A stretch of 64,000 nucleotides of DNA from an uncultured bacterium. Its GTDB lineage: Bacteria; Planctomycetota; Phycisphaerae; Phycisphaerales; SM1A02. The notes beneath the pieces are model-generated. The model saw nothing but the letters and a program-made list of their open reading frames with translations, searched no databases and had not been told where the DNA came from. Each line of letters opens with the position of its first letter. Position 1 is the stretch's first letter. Below, in pieces: positions 26,895 through 36,142 of this stretch. The translations under genes were made by a program, and so were the position numbers. Location of the stretch: contig CAIXJC010000075.1 of the NCBI GenBank assembly GCA_903919715.1, forward strand, positions 34,363 to 98,362, given 5' to 3'.

Positions 26895-28286
26895 ATGCAC
26901 ACCGCCACGATCGCTCCAGTCTTTTCTAGCCTCCTCGACATGATCGGCAATACGCCGATGCTGGAAATCACCAAGATCGACACGGGGCTTTGCAGACTCT
27001 TTGTCAAGCTGGAAAATCTCAACCCAGGCCAATCAATCAAAGATCGCATCGCAGTTGCCATCATTGATTCCGCCGAGCGTTCAGGAAAGTTGAAGCCTGG
27101 TGGACGGATCATCGAAGCGACCGCAGGCAATACTGGTATCGCTCTCGCACTGATCGGCGCACTCAAGGGATACAAATTGACCGTCGTGATGCCAGACAAG
27201 ATGAGCGATGAAAAGATGGCGCACCTTCGAGCCATGGGCGCTGAAGTCGTCTTGACGCGATCCGATGTTGCCAAGGGACATCCTGAGTATTACCAAGACA
27301 TGGCTCAGCGAATGGCGGATGAAGATCCCAATTCGTTCTATGTCAATCAATTTGCCAACGAGGACAACACGCGCGCTCACTTCGAAACCACGGGACCAGA
27401 AATCTGGGAACAGATGGGCGGAAAAATTGATGCGTTTGTTGCAGGAGTGGGCTCGGGCGGCACAATCGCGGGCGTTGGCGCATTCTTGAAATCGCACAAC
27501 CCAAACTGCGAAATCATTCTTGCCGACCCACGCGGATCTATTCTCGCACCGCTCGTAAACGAGGGAAAAACAGTTGAAGCTGGATCGTGGCTCGTCGAAG
27601 GAATCGGCGAAGACTTTGTTCCATCCATCCTTGATCTGAAGGTGATCCATCACGCATACACCGTGACGGATGCGGAAGCATTTGCTGCCGTGCGCGAACT
27701 ACTGCGCAAGGAAGGGATCTTGGCGGGATCGAGTGTCGGCGTGCTGATGCATGCTGCACTTCAATATTGTCGAGCACAGAAAACCCCCAAGCGAGTCGTC
27801 ACGCTGATCTGCGATAGTGGCGCAAAATATCTCTCGAAGATGTACAACGATTTCTGGATGCGCGATCAGGGATTTCTTCACCGTGAAAAGAACGGCGACC
27901 TGCGCGATCTGATTACGCGCCGCCATGACCGTGGAGAGGATTTCGTTTTGCAGCCGACACTTCCGCTGAGTTTGGCGATCCGCAAGATGCGAATGTTTGG
28001 CGTGAGCCAGATGGCGGTGCTTGATTCGAAAGAGGCACTGGTGGGAATATTGGATGAGAGCGATGTCCTCTTAGCCCTCGCTCGCAATCCTCACGCGAGC
28101 ACAGACCAAGTGAGCGCGCACATGACCAGCCGAGTCGAGACGATCCATCCATCGAAATCCGCTGACGACTTGATGCCGATTTTTCGAGCGGACCGCGTCG
28201 CAGTAGTTCATGATGGCAAGAACTTTTACGGCCTGATCACCAAGATTGACATGATTCACCACTTGCGACTCCAAGTGGCGTCGTAA
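26895..28286 (+). CDS. cystathionine beta-synthase-type PLP enzyme with a C-terminal CBS-domain pair
   Basis: IGNTPMLEI...NPGQSIKDRIA (PLP lysine) and GNTGIALA, then two CBS-like repeats (VSQMAVLDSKEALVGILDESDV; RVAVVHDGKNFYGLITKIDM). Start taken at MHTATIA. Confidence 0.85.
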   Translation: MHTATIAPVFSSLLDMIGNTPMLEITKIDTGLCRLFVKLENLNPGQSIKDRIAVAIIDSAERSGKLKPGGRIIEATAGNTGIALALIGALKGYKLTVVMPDKMSDEKMAHLRAMGAEVVLTRSDVAKGHPEYYQDMAQRMADEDPNSFYVNQFANEDNTRAHFETTGPEIWEQMGGKIDAFVAGVGSGGTIAGVGAFLKSHNPNCEIILADPRGSILAPLVNEGKTVEAGSWLVEGIGEDFVPSILDLKVIHHAYTVTDAEAFAAVRELLRKEGILAGSSVGVLMHAALQYCRAQKTPKRVVTLICDSGAKYLSKMYNDFWMRDQGFLHREKNGDLRDLITRRHDRGEDFVLQPTLPLSLAIRKMRMFGVSQMAVLDSKEALVGILDESDVLLALARNPHASTDQVSAHMTSRVETIHPSKSADDLMPIFRADRVAVVHDGKNFYGLITKIDMIHHLRLQVAS

Positions 28287-28305
28287 ACACCTTTTCGCCA
28301 TGCAC

Positions 28306-28334
28306 TTGCAAGGCGGGCTGGATTCTGCGATACT
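28306..28334 (+). promoter_or_regulatory. possible promoter TTGCAA-N17-GATACT for rplI
   Basis: Hexamers at 28306-28311 and 28329-28334. Confidence 0.35.
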
Positions 28335-28451
28335 TTGCCCCCCGCTCGCCAAGAGCGGTCACATCCAAGCCGCCTTCTCCCGCGTGTGCGACGAGAAAAT
28401 CGCTGAAGTCTGGCGGCGCTTCTAACTCTCCCCCCGAAAGGACAGCGACTC

Positions 28452-29081
28452 ATGGCACGTAATTACGAACTTCTGCTTCTCGAAACGATCGAAAACCTCG
28501 GATTGGTCGGCGATGTCGTCAAGGTTCGCCCTGGCTTCGCACGAAATTATCTCCTGCCAAATGCAATGGCAGAAGCACCAACTCCAGAAAAAATCGAATC
28601 GCTCAAGGCAGCGCGCGCCATCGCAGAGGCTCATGTTTTCAAGCAACGCGCCGAACGAGAGGCTGTGATTGCCCGCCTCGGTGGCATGACACTCACGCTT
28701 GTCCGCGCCTGCAACGACCAAGGCGTCCTCTATGGCGCTGTGACTCAACGCGACATCAGCGACCAACTCATTGTCGAAGGGTATGGAATCGACATGCGAG
28801 CCGTTCGCCTTAACAATCCGATTCGGCGTATTGGAACCGAACAGGTCACAATCCAATTCGGACGTGATCTCGTCGCCGAAATCACCGTCACAGTCAAGCC
28901 TGATCGAATCATTGAAATGGAAACTCCATCCCACTCTCGCCAGGCGACGGAGCAACCCGCTGATGGCGAGGATTCGGCCCTAGCTTCCGACGACGCACCA
29001 AAGGCGAAGTCGGACGAGATGAAGGCTGACCGCGGAACCAAGAGCGCCCGAAAGACTCGCGAGAAGCCAACGAAAGATTGA
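28452..29081 (+). CDS. rplI: 50S ribosomal protein L9 with a charged C-terminal extension
   Basis: N-terminus ELLLLETIENLGLVGDVVKVRPGFARNYLLPNAMA is the L9 signature. About 60 extra acidic/basic residues at the C-terminus. Not linked to rpsF/rpsR here. Confidence 0.9.
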   Translation: MARNYELLLLETIENLGLVGDVVKVRPGFARNYLLPNAMAEAPTPEKIESLKAARAIAEAHVFKQRAEREAVIARLGGMTLTLVRACNDQGVLYGAVTQRDISDQLIVEGYGIDMRAVRLNNPIRRIGTEQVTIQFGRDLVAEITVTVKPDRIIEMETPSHSRQATEQPADGEDSALASDDAPKAKSDEMKADRGTKSARKTREKPTKD

Positions 29082-29249
29082 TAGGCCGATAGCTTCATTT
29101 GGTTGAACAAAATCCGCAGGTTCCGCACGGAATTGGACGATTGACTATCTCGGCAGCGTGATCTACGTTCATCGGACGATCCGCGCTTCCCCGATTACAT
29201 CGGCACGGATCCGCTGGTGTTCACTTGGTTGAATGGAGGTTTGGTATTT

Positions 29250-29654
29250 ATGAGCCGAACGATTTCTGAAATCCGCCGCGAAGTCCTGCCAGAAACGCGG
29301 CGATCCATGACTCACAAGTTTTCGATCACAACCTACGAGGGATACCTGACCGTCGGGCTCTTCCCAGATGGTCGGCCTGGCGAGATCTTCATCAAGATGA
29401 GCAAAGAGGGATCGACCCTCTCAGGGCTCATTCAAGGATTCTGTCGAGCCTTCAGCCTGTCACTCCAACACGGACTTTCGCTGCATGATGCAGCGGAGAG
29501 ATTTCGCGGGATGAGATTTGAACCGCTCGGTCCAACAAGTAATCCTGACATTCCTGAATGCTCCAGCATCTTGGATTATGTTGCGCGTTACCTCGACTTG
29601 CACTTTGGCGATGCGGCGAATCAAGCTCGGTCTGCGACTCGACCCAATAACTGA
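29250..29654 (+). CDS. stand-alone TSCPD-domain protein (resembles the C-terminal domain of class II ribonucleotide reductase)
   Basis: LPETRRSMTHKFSITTYEGYLTVGLFPDGRPGEIFIKMSKEGSTLSGLIQGF...RFEPLGPTSNPDIPECSSILDYVARYL matches the NrdJ C-terminal/TSCPD pattern, with TSNPD in place of TSCPD. ATG 29250 is preceded by GGAGG at 29235-29239. Confidence 0.75.
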   Translation: MSRTISEIRREVLPETRRSMTHKFSITTYEGYLTVGLFPDGRPGEIFIKMSKEGSTLSGLIQGFCRAFSLSLQHGLSLHDAAERFRGMRFEPLGPTSNPDIPECSSILDYVARYLDLHFGDAANQARSATRPNN

Positions 29655-29670
29655 ACCTCTTTGCTCATAT

Positions 29671-29709
29671 TTAGCACAGCGGGTTAGCACAGCGGGTTAG
29701 CACAGCGGG
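29671..29709. repeat. perfect tandem repeat, 13-bp unit ttagcacagcggg x3
   Basis: Units at 29671-29683, 29684-29696 and 29697-29709. Lies in the convergent gap between the TSCPD gene and mfd. Confidence 0.9.
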
Positions 29710-29783
29710 TGCGTGAGAAAACCGAACACGCGTAAAGAAGATTCGGGCTTTGCCTCATTCCTTGTGGCGCCACATCCAATCGA

Positions 29784-32700
29784 TCAACTGGGCTTGGGTG
29801 ATGCGCCCTGCTGCAACCGTTTCAACCGTCTTAGAATTTCCTTGCTTAGCGCCGCAGTCGACTGCAGTTCTGCAGGCAAGCGCCAGAAGACTTCGCTCAA
29901 GCCTTCTGCAATCGTTCCTTTGACATCACGCTCTCCAACCGTTCGAACGGAACCCTTCGTTCCGCGGAGCATTTTATGGATTGCATCGGGGGAATCTGAC
30001 TGGAAAATGATGTCGGACTCCCGCCGCAGAAGTGTTCGAATCCCAAGCAATGTGCACCGAAGCCTGATTTCCACAAGAAGGAAAAGATCCGCCGTTGCCG
30101 CGGGCGCATCTCCATATGCACTCACAATGTCAGCAATTGTCTTGGAGAGGTCGTCGGGCGTCATCGAATCACTCAGCCTGCGGTACGTCTCGAGACGACG
30201 GCGATCGCTGGGGACATAGCTCTTGGGTACCGAACCCACCAAACCGATGTCGATGAGTGTGTCGATGGGAACGATCTGCGGTTCAGCGCGCAACTCATGC
30301 ACGGACTGATCCAGAAGCTTGCAATACAACTCATACCCCACCGCTGCGATATGCCCAGATTGTTCGCTCCCAAGCAAGTTGCCCGCACCACGAAGTTCGA
30401 GATCCCGAACAGCAATACGAAAGCCTGCCCCGAGCATGGAGTAATCCTCGAGCGCACGAAGTCGTTTCATCGCATCCGGAGCGACGGGGCGATCTTGAGG
30501 AAGAAGGAGATAGCAGTATGCGCGGTGGTTCGATCGACCAACACGTCCGCGCAATTGATGCAACTCGGAAAGTCCAAAGCGATGCGCATCGTCGATGATC
30601 ATCGTGTTTGCGCTGGAAATATCGATGCCACTTTCGATGATGGTGGTCGAGACCAGAATGTCAGCTTCGCGGCGCATGAATGTGCGCATCACTTGCTCGA
30701 GTTCGCCGTCATTCATCTGCCCATGGCCGATGACAATCCGAGCGGTCGGTGCGAGCCGACGCACATCGTCGGCAGCGGATTGAATGTCGTGCACGCGATT
30801 GTGCACCCAGAAAATCTGCCCTTCCCGCGCCAATTCGCGCGCAATCGCAGCGGCAAGTCGCTCCTGATTCCATGGCATCACTTCCGTCACGATCGCACGA
30901 CGATCAGGCGGAGGCGTGGTCAAACTGGAAATATCACGCAGCCCAAGCATCGCCATATGAAGCGTGCGCGGTATCGGCGTTGCGCTGAGAGTTAACACAT
31001 CAGCCGTCAATCGAAATTCGAAGAGCCGCTGTTTGTGTTCGACGCCGAATCGCTGTTCTTCGTCGATGATGACGAGCCCGAGATCATGAAATCGAACATC
31101 GGCTGAGAGAAGTCGATGAGTTCCGATCACGATGTCAACTTTGCCCTGAGCAACGCGGTCGAGTATTTCTCGGACTTCGCGGTCCGACTTGAATCTGCTG
31201 ACCCCCTCGACCACGAATGGATAGGCACGCAGTCTTTCACGAAAAGTTCTTTCATGCTGTTCAGCCAGCACGGTTGTCGGGACAAGGACCGCGGCCTGCC
31301 GCCCTGAATCCACGCTCTTGAACGCAGCACGCAAAGCGATTTCCGTCTTTCCAAATCCAACATCACCGCAGATGAGGCGATCCATCGGACGCGTTTTTTC
31401 CATGTCCCGCTTCGTCGCTGCGATCGAAGTCACTTGGTCCTCGGTCTCGACGAATGGGAACTCCGCCTCGAACTCCCGCTGCCATGTCGAATCGATCGGA
31501 TGCGCAATGCCTGCCGTGGATTCACGTACAGCCTGCACCCGAATCAATTCCCCTGCCAAATCTCGCACGGCTTCTGCGACATCGTCTTTCTGTTTTTTCC
31601 ATCGACGACCACCCAGCACGGAGAGTTGCGGACGAATTGATCCCGCTCCGATATATCGCTGCACGAGCGAGACCTTGCTCGCCGGCACATGCAGCAGTGA
31701 TTCACCGTGATATTCGAGGGTGAGATACTCCTCGTCGCTGGCGGATGGACGATCTCGTTCTGGAAGTTGTTTCAGCCCGTGATACTTCGCAATACCGTGA
31801 TCACGATGCACAACATAATCGCCGGGCTCGAAGAACAAGAACGCATCACGCGATCGTGCACTGCCAGAAGATGGTGTCATCGCCGTCGAACGACGTCGAA
31901 CGCCGAATCGATTCAGGACTTCGTGCCACGGAACGAGTGCGAGCGGACGAGCGGAATCATCTGACCAAATGAACCCGCGGTGGAGATGGCGCTCCTCGAT
32001 ACGAATCGTCGAATCCTGCTTCTTCGGGTCGATCACTTCTCGCGATCGCGATAAATCGCCTGATGTGTCGCACAAGACCACCGAATCGATCGACTGCGAC
32101 ATTTGATCGAGCACCGTGATCGCAGCTGGCAAAGATTCAGGAAATGGGTTGAGGGGAGCGACTGCAATTTCAACTCGGCGCTGGCCATCCACGGATCGGA
32201 CCAATGAGCCAGTTTCCACTGTATTTGCGCATCTTTTATGCAATTCACGCAAAGTGTCTGGCCACGGAACAACACCACGCCCATCACTCAAACGATCCTG
32301 ATACCCACGCGCCTGCTCGGCAATTTCCGATGTCTCGCAAAGAACAAGAATGGTTCGACGATCCAATCGCGATGCAATCGGCTCGACACGATCCGCATCA
32401 AACAATCCGCCCGCCCGAACCAAGTCGATGGATTCGATCTGCCGATCCGCCGCTTGAGTCGCAAGATCAATCTCAAATATGCGCTCGACATCGTCGCCGA
32501 AGAAATCGATTCGCACCGATGTAATCGCTCCGACTGGAAAAATATCGACAATTCCGCCTCGGACCGCAAAGCTTCCAGGTGTCTCCGCAATTGCCATCCG
32601 TTCGTATCCACCTTGAGCGAGCCAAGCAAGTATCGCTTCACGAGGAAGTCGTTCTCCCTTCCTGATCGTTGTCACAACTCCATGCATGTCGCCGAGTGCG

Positions 32701-33173
32701 GGAACGCCTTGCATCAGCGCTGTCGCAGGTGCGACGATGACTGCCACGGAATCTTTCGCATCGAGTCGCCGCAAAACGCGCACGCGCTCGCCGAGTTGCT
32801 CTGCGACCTCTTGTCCGGCGAACGAGGATTCGAGCGCTGGGAAAAGTTCGCACGAAATTCCAAGTCCGCTGATTTCAGCAATTGCTTCGTCAGCTTCGTC
32901 GCGGTGCGCCGTGACGAACAGAATGGGGGCATTCGTACGACTTGCGATCGCTGCGACCGTGATTGATGTGCTTGATCCCGCAGCGCCAACGAGCGCGATC
33001 GGCAACTTTGCGCTCGGTGCGGACTTCTCGGCAGAAGGGCCATGCGACGGAGTGTCCAATGGCTTGGCCAAGAGCGCCACCATTTGATTGAGGCACTTCG
33101 AATGACTGATGCGTTGGAACCACTCCATGTTCGCAACTTTACGGCAGCAGCCGTTCGCGTGACATTCGATCAC
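29784..33173 (-). CDS. mfd: transcription-repair coupling factor
   Basis: 1129 aa. CarD/RNAP-interaction region (GDYVVHRDHGIAKYHGL), superfamily-2 helicase motifs (GDVGFGKTEIALRAAF; DEEQRFGV; TATPIPRT) and the TRG region. GTG 33173 forms a GTGA overlap with the upstream stop. ATG 33128 is an alternative start. Confidence 0.95.
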   Translation of the reverse strand: MIECHANGCCRKVANMEWFQRISHSKCLNQMVALLAKPLDTPSHGPSAEKSAPSAKLPIALVGAAGSSTSITVAAIASRTNAPILFVTAHRDEADEAIAEISGLGISCELFPALESSFAGQEVAEQLGERVRVLRRLDAKDSVAVIVAPATALMQGVPALGDMHGVVTTIRKGERLPREAILAWLAQGGYERMAIAETPGSFAVRGGIVDIFPVGAITSVRIDFFGDDVERIFEIDLATQAADRQIESIDLVRAGGLFDADRVEPIASRLDRRTILVLCETSEIAEQARGYQDRLSDGRGVVPWPDTLRELHKRCANTVETGSLVRSVDGQRRVEIAVAPLNPFPESLPAAITVLDQMSQSIDSVVLCDTSGDLSRSREVIDPKKQDSTIRIEERHLHRGFIWSDDSARPLALVPWHEVLNRFGVRRRSTAMTPSSGSARSRDAFLFFEPGDYVVHRDHGIAKYHGLKQLPERDRPSASDEEYLTLEYHGESLLHVPASKVSLVQRYIGAGSIRPQLSVLGGRRWKKQKDDVAEAVRDLAGELIRVQAVRESTAGIAHPIDSTWQREFEAEFPFVETEDQVTSIAATKRDMEKTRPMDRLICGDVGFGKTEIALRAAFKSVDSGRQAAVLVPTTVLAEQHERTFRERLRAYPFVVEGVSRFKSDREVREILDRVAQGKVDIVIGTHRLLSADVRFHDLGLVIIDEEQRFGVEHKQRLFEFRLTADVLTLSATPIPRTLHMAMLGLRDISSLTTPPPDRRAIVTEVMPWNQERLAAAIARELAREGQIFWVHNRVHDIQSAADDVRRLAPTARIVIGHGQMNDGELEQVMRTFMRREADILVSTTIIESGIDISSANTMIIDDAHRFGLSELHQLRGRVGRSNHRAYCYLLLPQDRPVAPDAMKRLRALEDYSMLGAGFRIAVRDLELRGAGNLLGSEQSGHIAAVGYELYCKLLDQSVHELRAEPQIVPIDTLIDIGLVGSVPKSYVPSDRRRLETYRRLSDSMTPDDLSKTIADIVSAYGDAPAATADLFLLVEIRLRCTLLGIRTLLRRESDIIFQSDSPDAIHKMLRGTKGSVRTVGERDVKGTIAEGLSEVFWRLPAELQSTAALSKEILRRLKRLQQGASPKPS

Positions 33174-33547
33174 TTCTCGCTCGACCGAACCAACACAAAT
33201 GGCTCAATCTCAGCGCTGATCGCAGGACCGATTCCTCGAACACGTCGAAGTCCCGCCGGCCCGCCGAACGCGCCGAGTCGCGTTCGATCTTCGACAATTC
33301 TTCCTGCGAGCGCTGGACCGATGCCCGGCAGCAACGCCAGCGTCGCCTCATCGGCCGAATCGACATCGACCTGAAAGACTGGCGCTATGGCGGGAGTGGA
33401 TTGGGAGGATCGTTGCTCGATCAACTGCGTCATCGCTGCGATGGAAAACACGATTCCTGTCACCGCCAAGATCGTGACCGATGATCTGGAAAGACGCCAC
33501 CAATGTTGGACAGAGTGACGCAGCCATGAACAAAAAAGACCGATCAT
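33170..33547 (-). CDS. ComEA-like helix-hairpin-helix DNA-binding protein
   Basis: N-terminal TM anchor, then VDVDSADEATLALLPGIGPALAGRIVEDR...LRRVRGIGPAISAEI (tandem HhH motifs). ATGA overlap with the upstream gene. Confidence 0.75.
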   Translation of the reverse strand: MIGLFCSWLRHSVQHWWRLSRSSVTILAVTGIVFSIAAMTQLIEQRSSQSTPAIAPVFQVDVDSADEATLALLPGIGPALAGRIVEDRTRLGAFGGPAGLRRVRGIGPAISAEIEPFVLVRSSEK

Positions 33548-35037
33548 TTCGCTGCGCTATTTCGTTCGGTGCTCTTCCAAGCGCCGATGGGAGCGTCGAG
33601 CGATCTGCGCAAAGAGACCAGCGTTTGCAAGATCGGTTTCGCCTTGCGATCACCGCTGAGCACGCCATGAGTCGGCTGACTCGCATCGCCGTCCATCAAC
33701 GATTCCCACAGCACCATCCCGACGTGCGGCTTGGACATCGCAATCGAAAACATCCGGCTCGCCCACGCGGCTTGCGAACTCGTGGACCATGTCGTTCGCC
33801 AATACCCCGCAGTGGAATCACCAACACTGCTCGGCGCACCGAGAGCGACAAATATCGACTTGCGGAGTGGTCGATACGCATCAAGCAATGCTGACATCTC
33901 CAACAAGTCTCGCGTCAGCCTTCCCGAACTCGTCTCGCCCATCACGAATTGCAGCATGAGACAGTCGATGTGAATTCCATCAGTAACAAGAGCATCGACA
34001 AGCGCACGAGGCGTAACAGCACCAGGACGGACTGCAACCTCATGACCGAACGGCCGAGGAATCTCCAGGAGCGTGGGAACAGTCTTGCGAGTCTGCCGCA
34101 ATCCAACAACGGCGCGCCGCGAAAGTTCGACCATCTGTTCGAGATTCAGTGGCCACCAATCATTGTCGTTCATCCCAGAGGCGATATTCCACATTCCAGT
34201 TCGCCCCGCGAATTCTCGACCGATCGCATCGGAAAAATTCCAGATCCCATCTCGCAACGCGGAATAATCTCCACGCTTTGCTGCAATCCAACTTGGAACA
34301 TTTGCCGGATTCAAATCGATCACTGGCCCTGCAAGAATCGTGCGGCCTGCCTTGGTCGCCCAGTCAAACCATGGCGTGATTGAACTGAAATCAAATTTCC
34401 CAGGGGAGCGCTCGATCTTTGCCCACGAAAGTGGCAATGCGATCATGTCGAATGTCTTGGCGGCATCCGCCGTATTCGCCGGCTGAACGCGCGGATCCAC
34501 GCGAACACCTAGAACCATTTTTGATGCACCCTTCACGGCGAATCGACGATGCAACCAAACTGCAGAATGCGCCACCGCAAGTTTCTCGCTCGCCTGCAGT
34601 CCCTTGATCAAAGCACGACTACTGAGATCGTCGGCTTGATTGCGATCTTGAGTTGTCAATGCTCCAGTGAACAGCAAGCGCGCTTCGTTCCACTCGGCGA
34701 GCGCATCGACGGCGGCGGGGTGATCCCAAATCTGCCAATCTTCACATTTGGCAATGAAATGCTTAATGCGGTGGCGTGCCAATTCGAGCAAGAGCGAATA
34801 GGGTTCTTTGCGCTGCTCCAGCAGACACGTCGAAATTGAAAGTCGCCCCATCTCTTTCATTTCACACTCAAGATTCACTGCGACCGCCCGCCTGATCGAA
34901 GGAACACATTCCAGTTGCCCATCACTCAATCGGATCTCTCCCGCAATCGCCTCTTCATTAGGGCCGAGGAGATATGCACGTGCGATATTGATCGACACGG
35001 GCGCTCCTTCAACTTGGCGAAATGCGAATCTCAACAT
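33544..35037 (-). CDS. hypothetical protein, possibly a GH10-like TIM-barrel glycoside hydrolase with an extra N-terminal domain
   Basis: Central region LPLSWAKIERSPGKFDFSSITPWFDWATKAGRTILAGPVIDL resembles the W..iEp..G.fdf...D motif of family-10-like hydrolases. The N-terminal roughly 170 aa are unassigned. Weak call. Confidence 0.45.
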   Translation of the reverse strand: MLRFAFRQVEGAPVSINIARAYLLGPNEEAIAGEIRLSDGQLECVPSIRRAVAVNLECEMKEMGRLSISTCLLEQRKEPYSLLLELARHRIKHFIAKCEDWQIWDHPAAVDALAEWNEARLLFTGALTTQDRNQADDLSSRALIKGLQASEKLAVAHSAVWLHRRFAVKGASKMVLGVRVDPRVQPANTADAAKTFDMIALPLSWAKIERSPGKFDFSSITPWFDWATKAGRTILAGPVIDLNPANVPSWIAAKRGDYSALRDGIWNFSDAIGREFAGRTGMWNIASGMNDNDWWPLNLEQMVELSRRAVVGLRQTRKTVPTLLEIPRPFGHEVAVRPGAVTPRALVDALVTDGIHIDCLMLQFVMGETSSGRLTRDLLEMSALLDAYRPLRKSIFVALGAPSSVGDSTAGYWRTTWSTSSQAAWASRMFSIAMSKPHVGMVLWESLMDGDASQPTHGVLSGDRKAKPILQTLVSLRRSLDAPIGAWKSTERNSAAK

Positions 35038-35166
35038 GGGTTGAATTTGAGTGTAGCGGTCAATTCGACCAGTTCACGAGACACGCCAGAATGGCGCCTT
35101 GCCAAGGCGTCTCGTGTGCAAACTGACTTCGTGCCATGCGATACGCAATTCCTTACACTTCGACCA

Positions 35167-36117
35167 ATGCGAACGCCAACCGACGATGCCGTATTTGAAA
35201 CGCACTTGCCTCTCGATGGTCGCAGACAAGGAAAGGTTCGAGATGTCTATGACCTTGCGCCAGATTCGAAAGGTCCGCGGCTGTTGCTTGTCGCCTCGGA
35301 TCGAATCTCAGCCTTTGATGTCGTCATGCCAAATCCCATTCCAGGCAAAGGCAGATTGCTGACTTCAATCGCCTCGGGTTGGTTCGACTTTTTGCGAAAG
35401 CGAAATATCATCAAAGATCATGTCCTATCGACTGAACTTCCGACGATTCAGGGCATCGATGAATCGCTGATCAACTCGCTGCGTGGCCGAACAATGACCT
35501 GCCGCAGTGCACGAGTCGTTGCGATCGAATGCGTCGCTCGTGGATATCTCGCTGGAAGTGGTTGGGCGGAATATCAATCAAGCTCAGCAGTCTGCGGCGT
35601 GAGCCTGCCGCCAGGACTTGAACAATGCCAACGACTTCCGACGCCGATCTTCTCACCTGCAACGAAAGCAGTCGAGGGGCACGACGAGAATATTTCTTTC
35701 GAGCGAGCAGGCGAGTTAGTCGGAGTGGATTTGATGAGACGACTCCGAGATTTAACCTTGAACATCTATTCGATCGCCGCAGAATATGCCTTCGAACGTG
35801 GCGTGATTCTTGCGGACACAAAGTTTGAATTCGGATTCGCACTCGACCGAAATGGCGATGTCACCGACGAGCTCATGCTCGTGGACGAAGTTCTGACTCC
35901 AGATTCAAGCCGATATTGGCCACTTGCGAACTATAAGCCGGGGCAGGATCAACCAAGTTTCGACAAACAATTCCTGCGCAATTGGCTCTTACAGTTGGTG
36001 CATTCTGGAGCGTGGGACAAGACTCCACCAGGGCCAGAAGTTCCAAGCGACATCATCGCTGGAACGCTTGCCCGCTATGAAGAAGCGCTGCAAAAACTAT
36101 TCCCTCGCTCAAAATAG
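35167..36117 (+). CDS. purC: phosphoribosylaminoimidazole-succinocarboxamide synthase
   Basis: GKVRDVYDL...LLLVASDRISAFDVVMPNPIPGKGRLLTSIA and ILADTKFEFG motifs. Start at MRTPTDD (35167). The track ORF 34915 overlaps the divergent gene. Confidence 0.9.
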   Translation: MRTPTDDAVFETHLPLDGRRQGKVRDVYDLAPDSKGPRLLLVASDRISAFDVVMPNPIPGKGRLLTSIASGWFDFLRKRNIIKDHVLSTELPTIQGIDESLINSLRGRTMTCRSARVVAIECVARGYLAGSGWAEYQSSSAVCGVSLPPGLEQCQRLPTPIFSPATKAVEGHDENISFERAGELVGVDLMRRLRDLTLNIYSIAAEYAFERGVILADTKFEFGFALDRNGDVTDELMLVDEVLTPDSSRYWPLANYKPGQDQPSFDKQFLRNWLLQLVHSGAWDKTPPGPEVPSDIIAGTLARYEEALQKLFPRSK

Positions 36118-36142
36118 ATTGAATGGGAGATTGAAGGCGACT

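Noticed and set aside
29082-29249. Cobalamin riboswitch or CsrA-target leader upstream of the RNR-like TSCPD gene
   Set aside because: I could not find a B12-box-like element. The five GGA triplets sit mostly inside stems (CGGA/UCCG pairings), and their number is close to the chance expectation.
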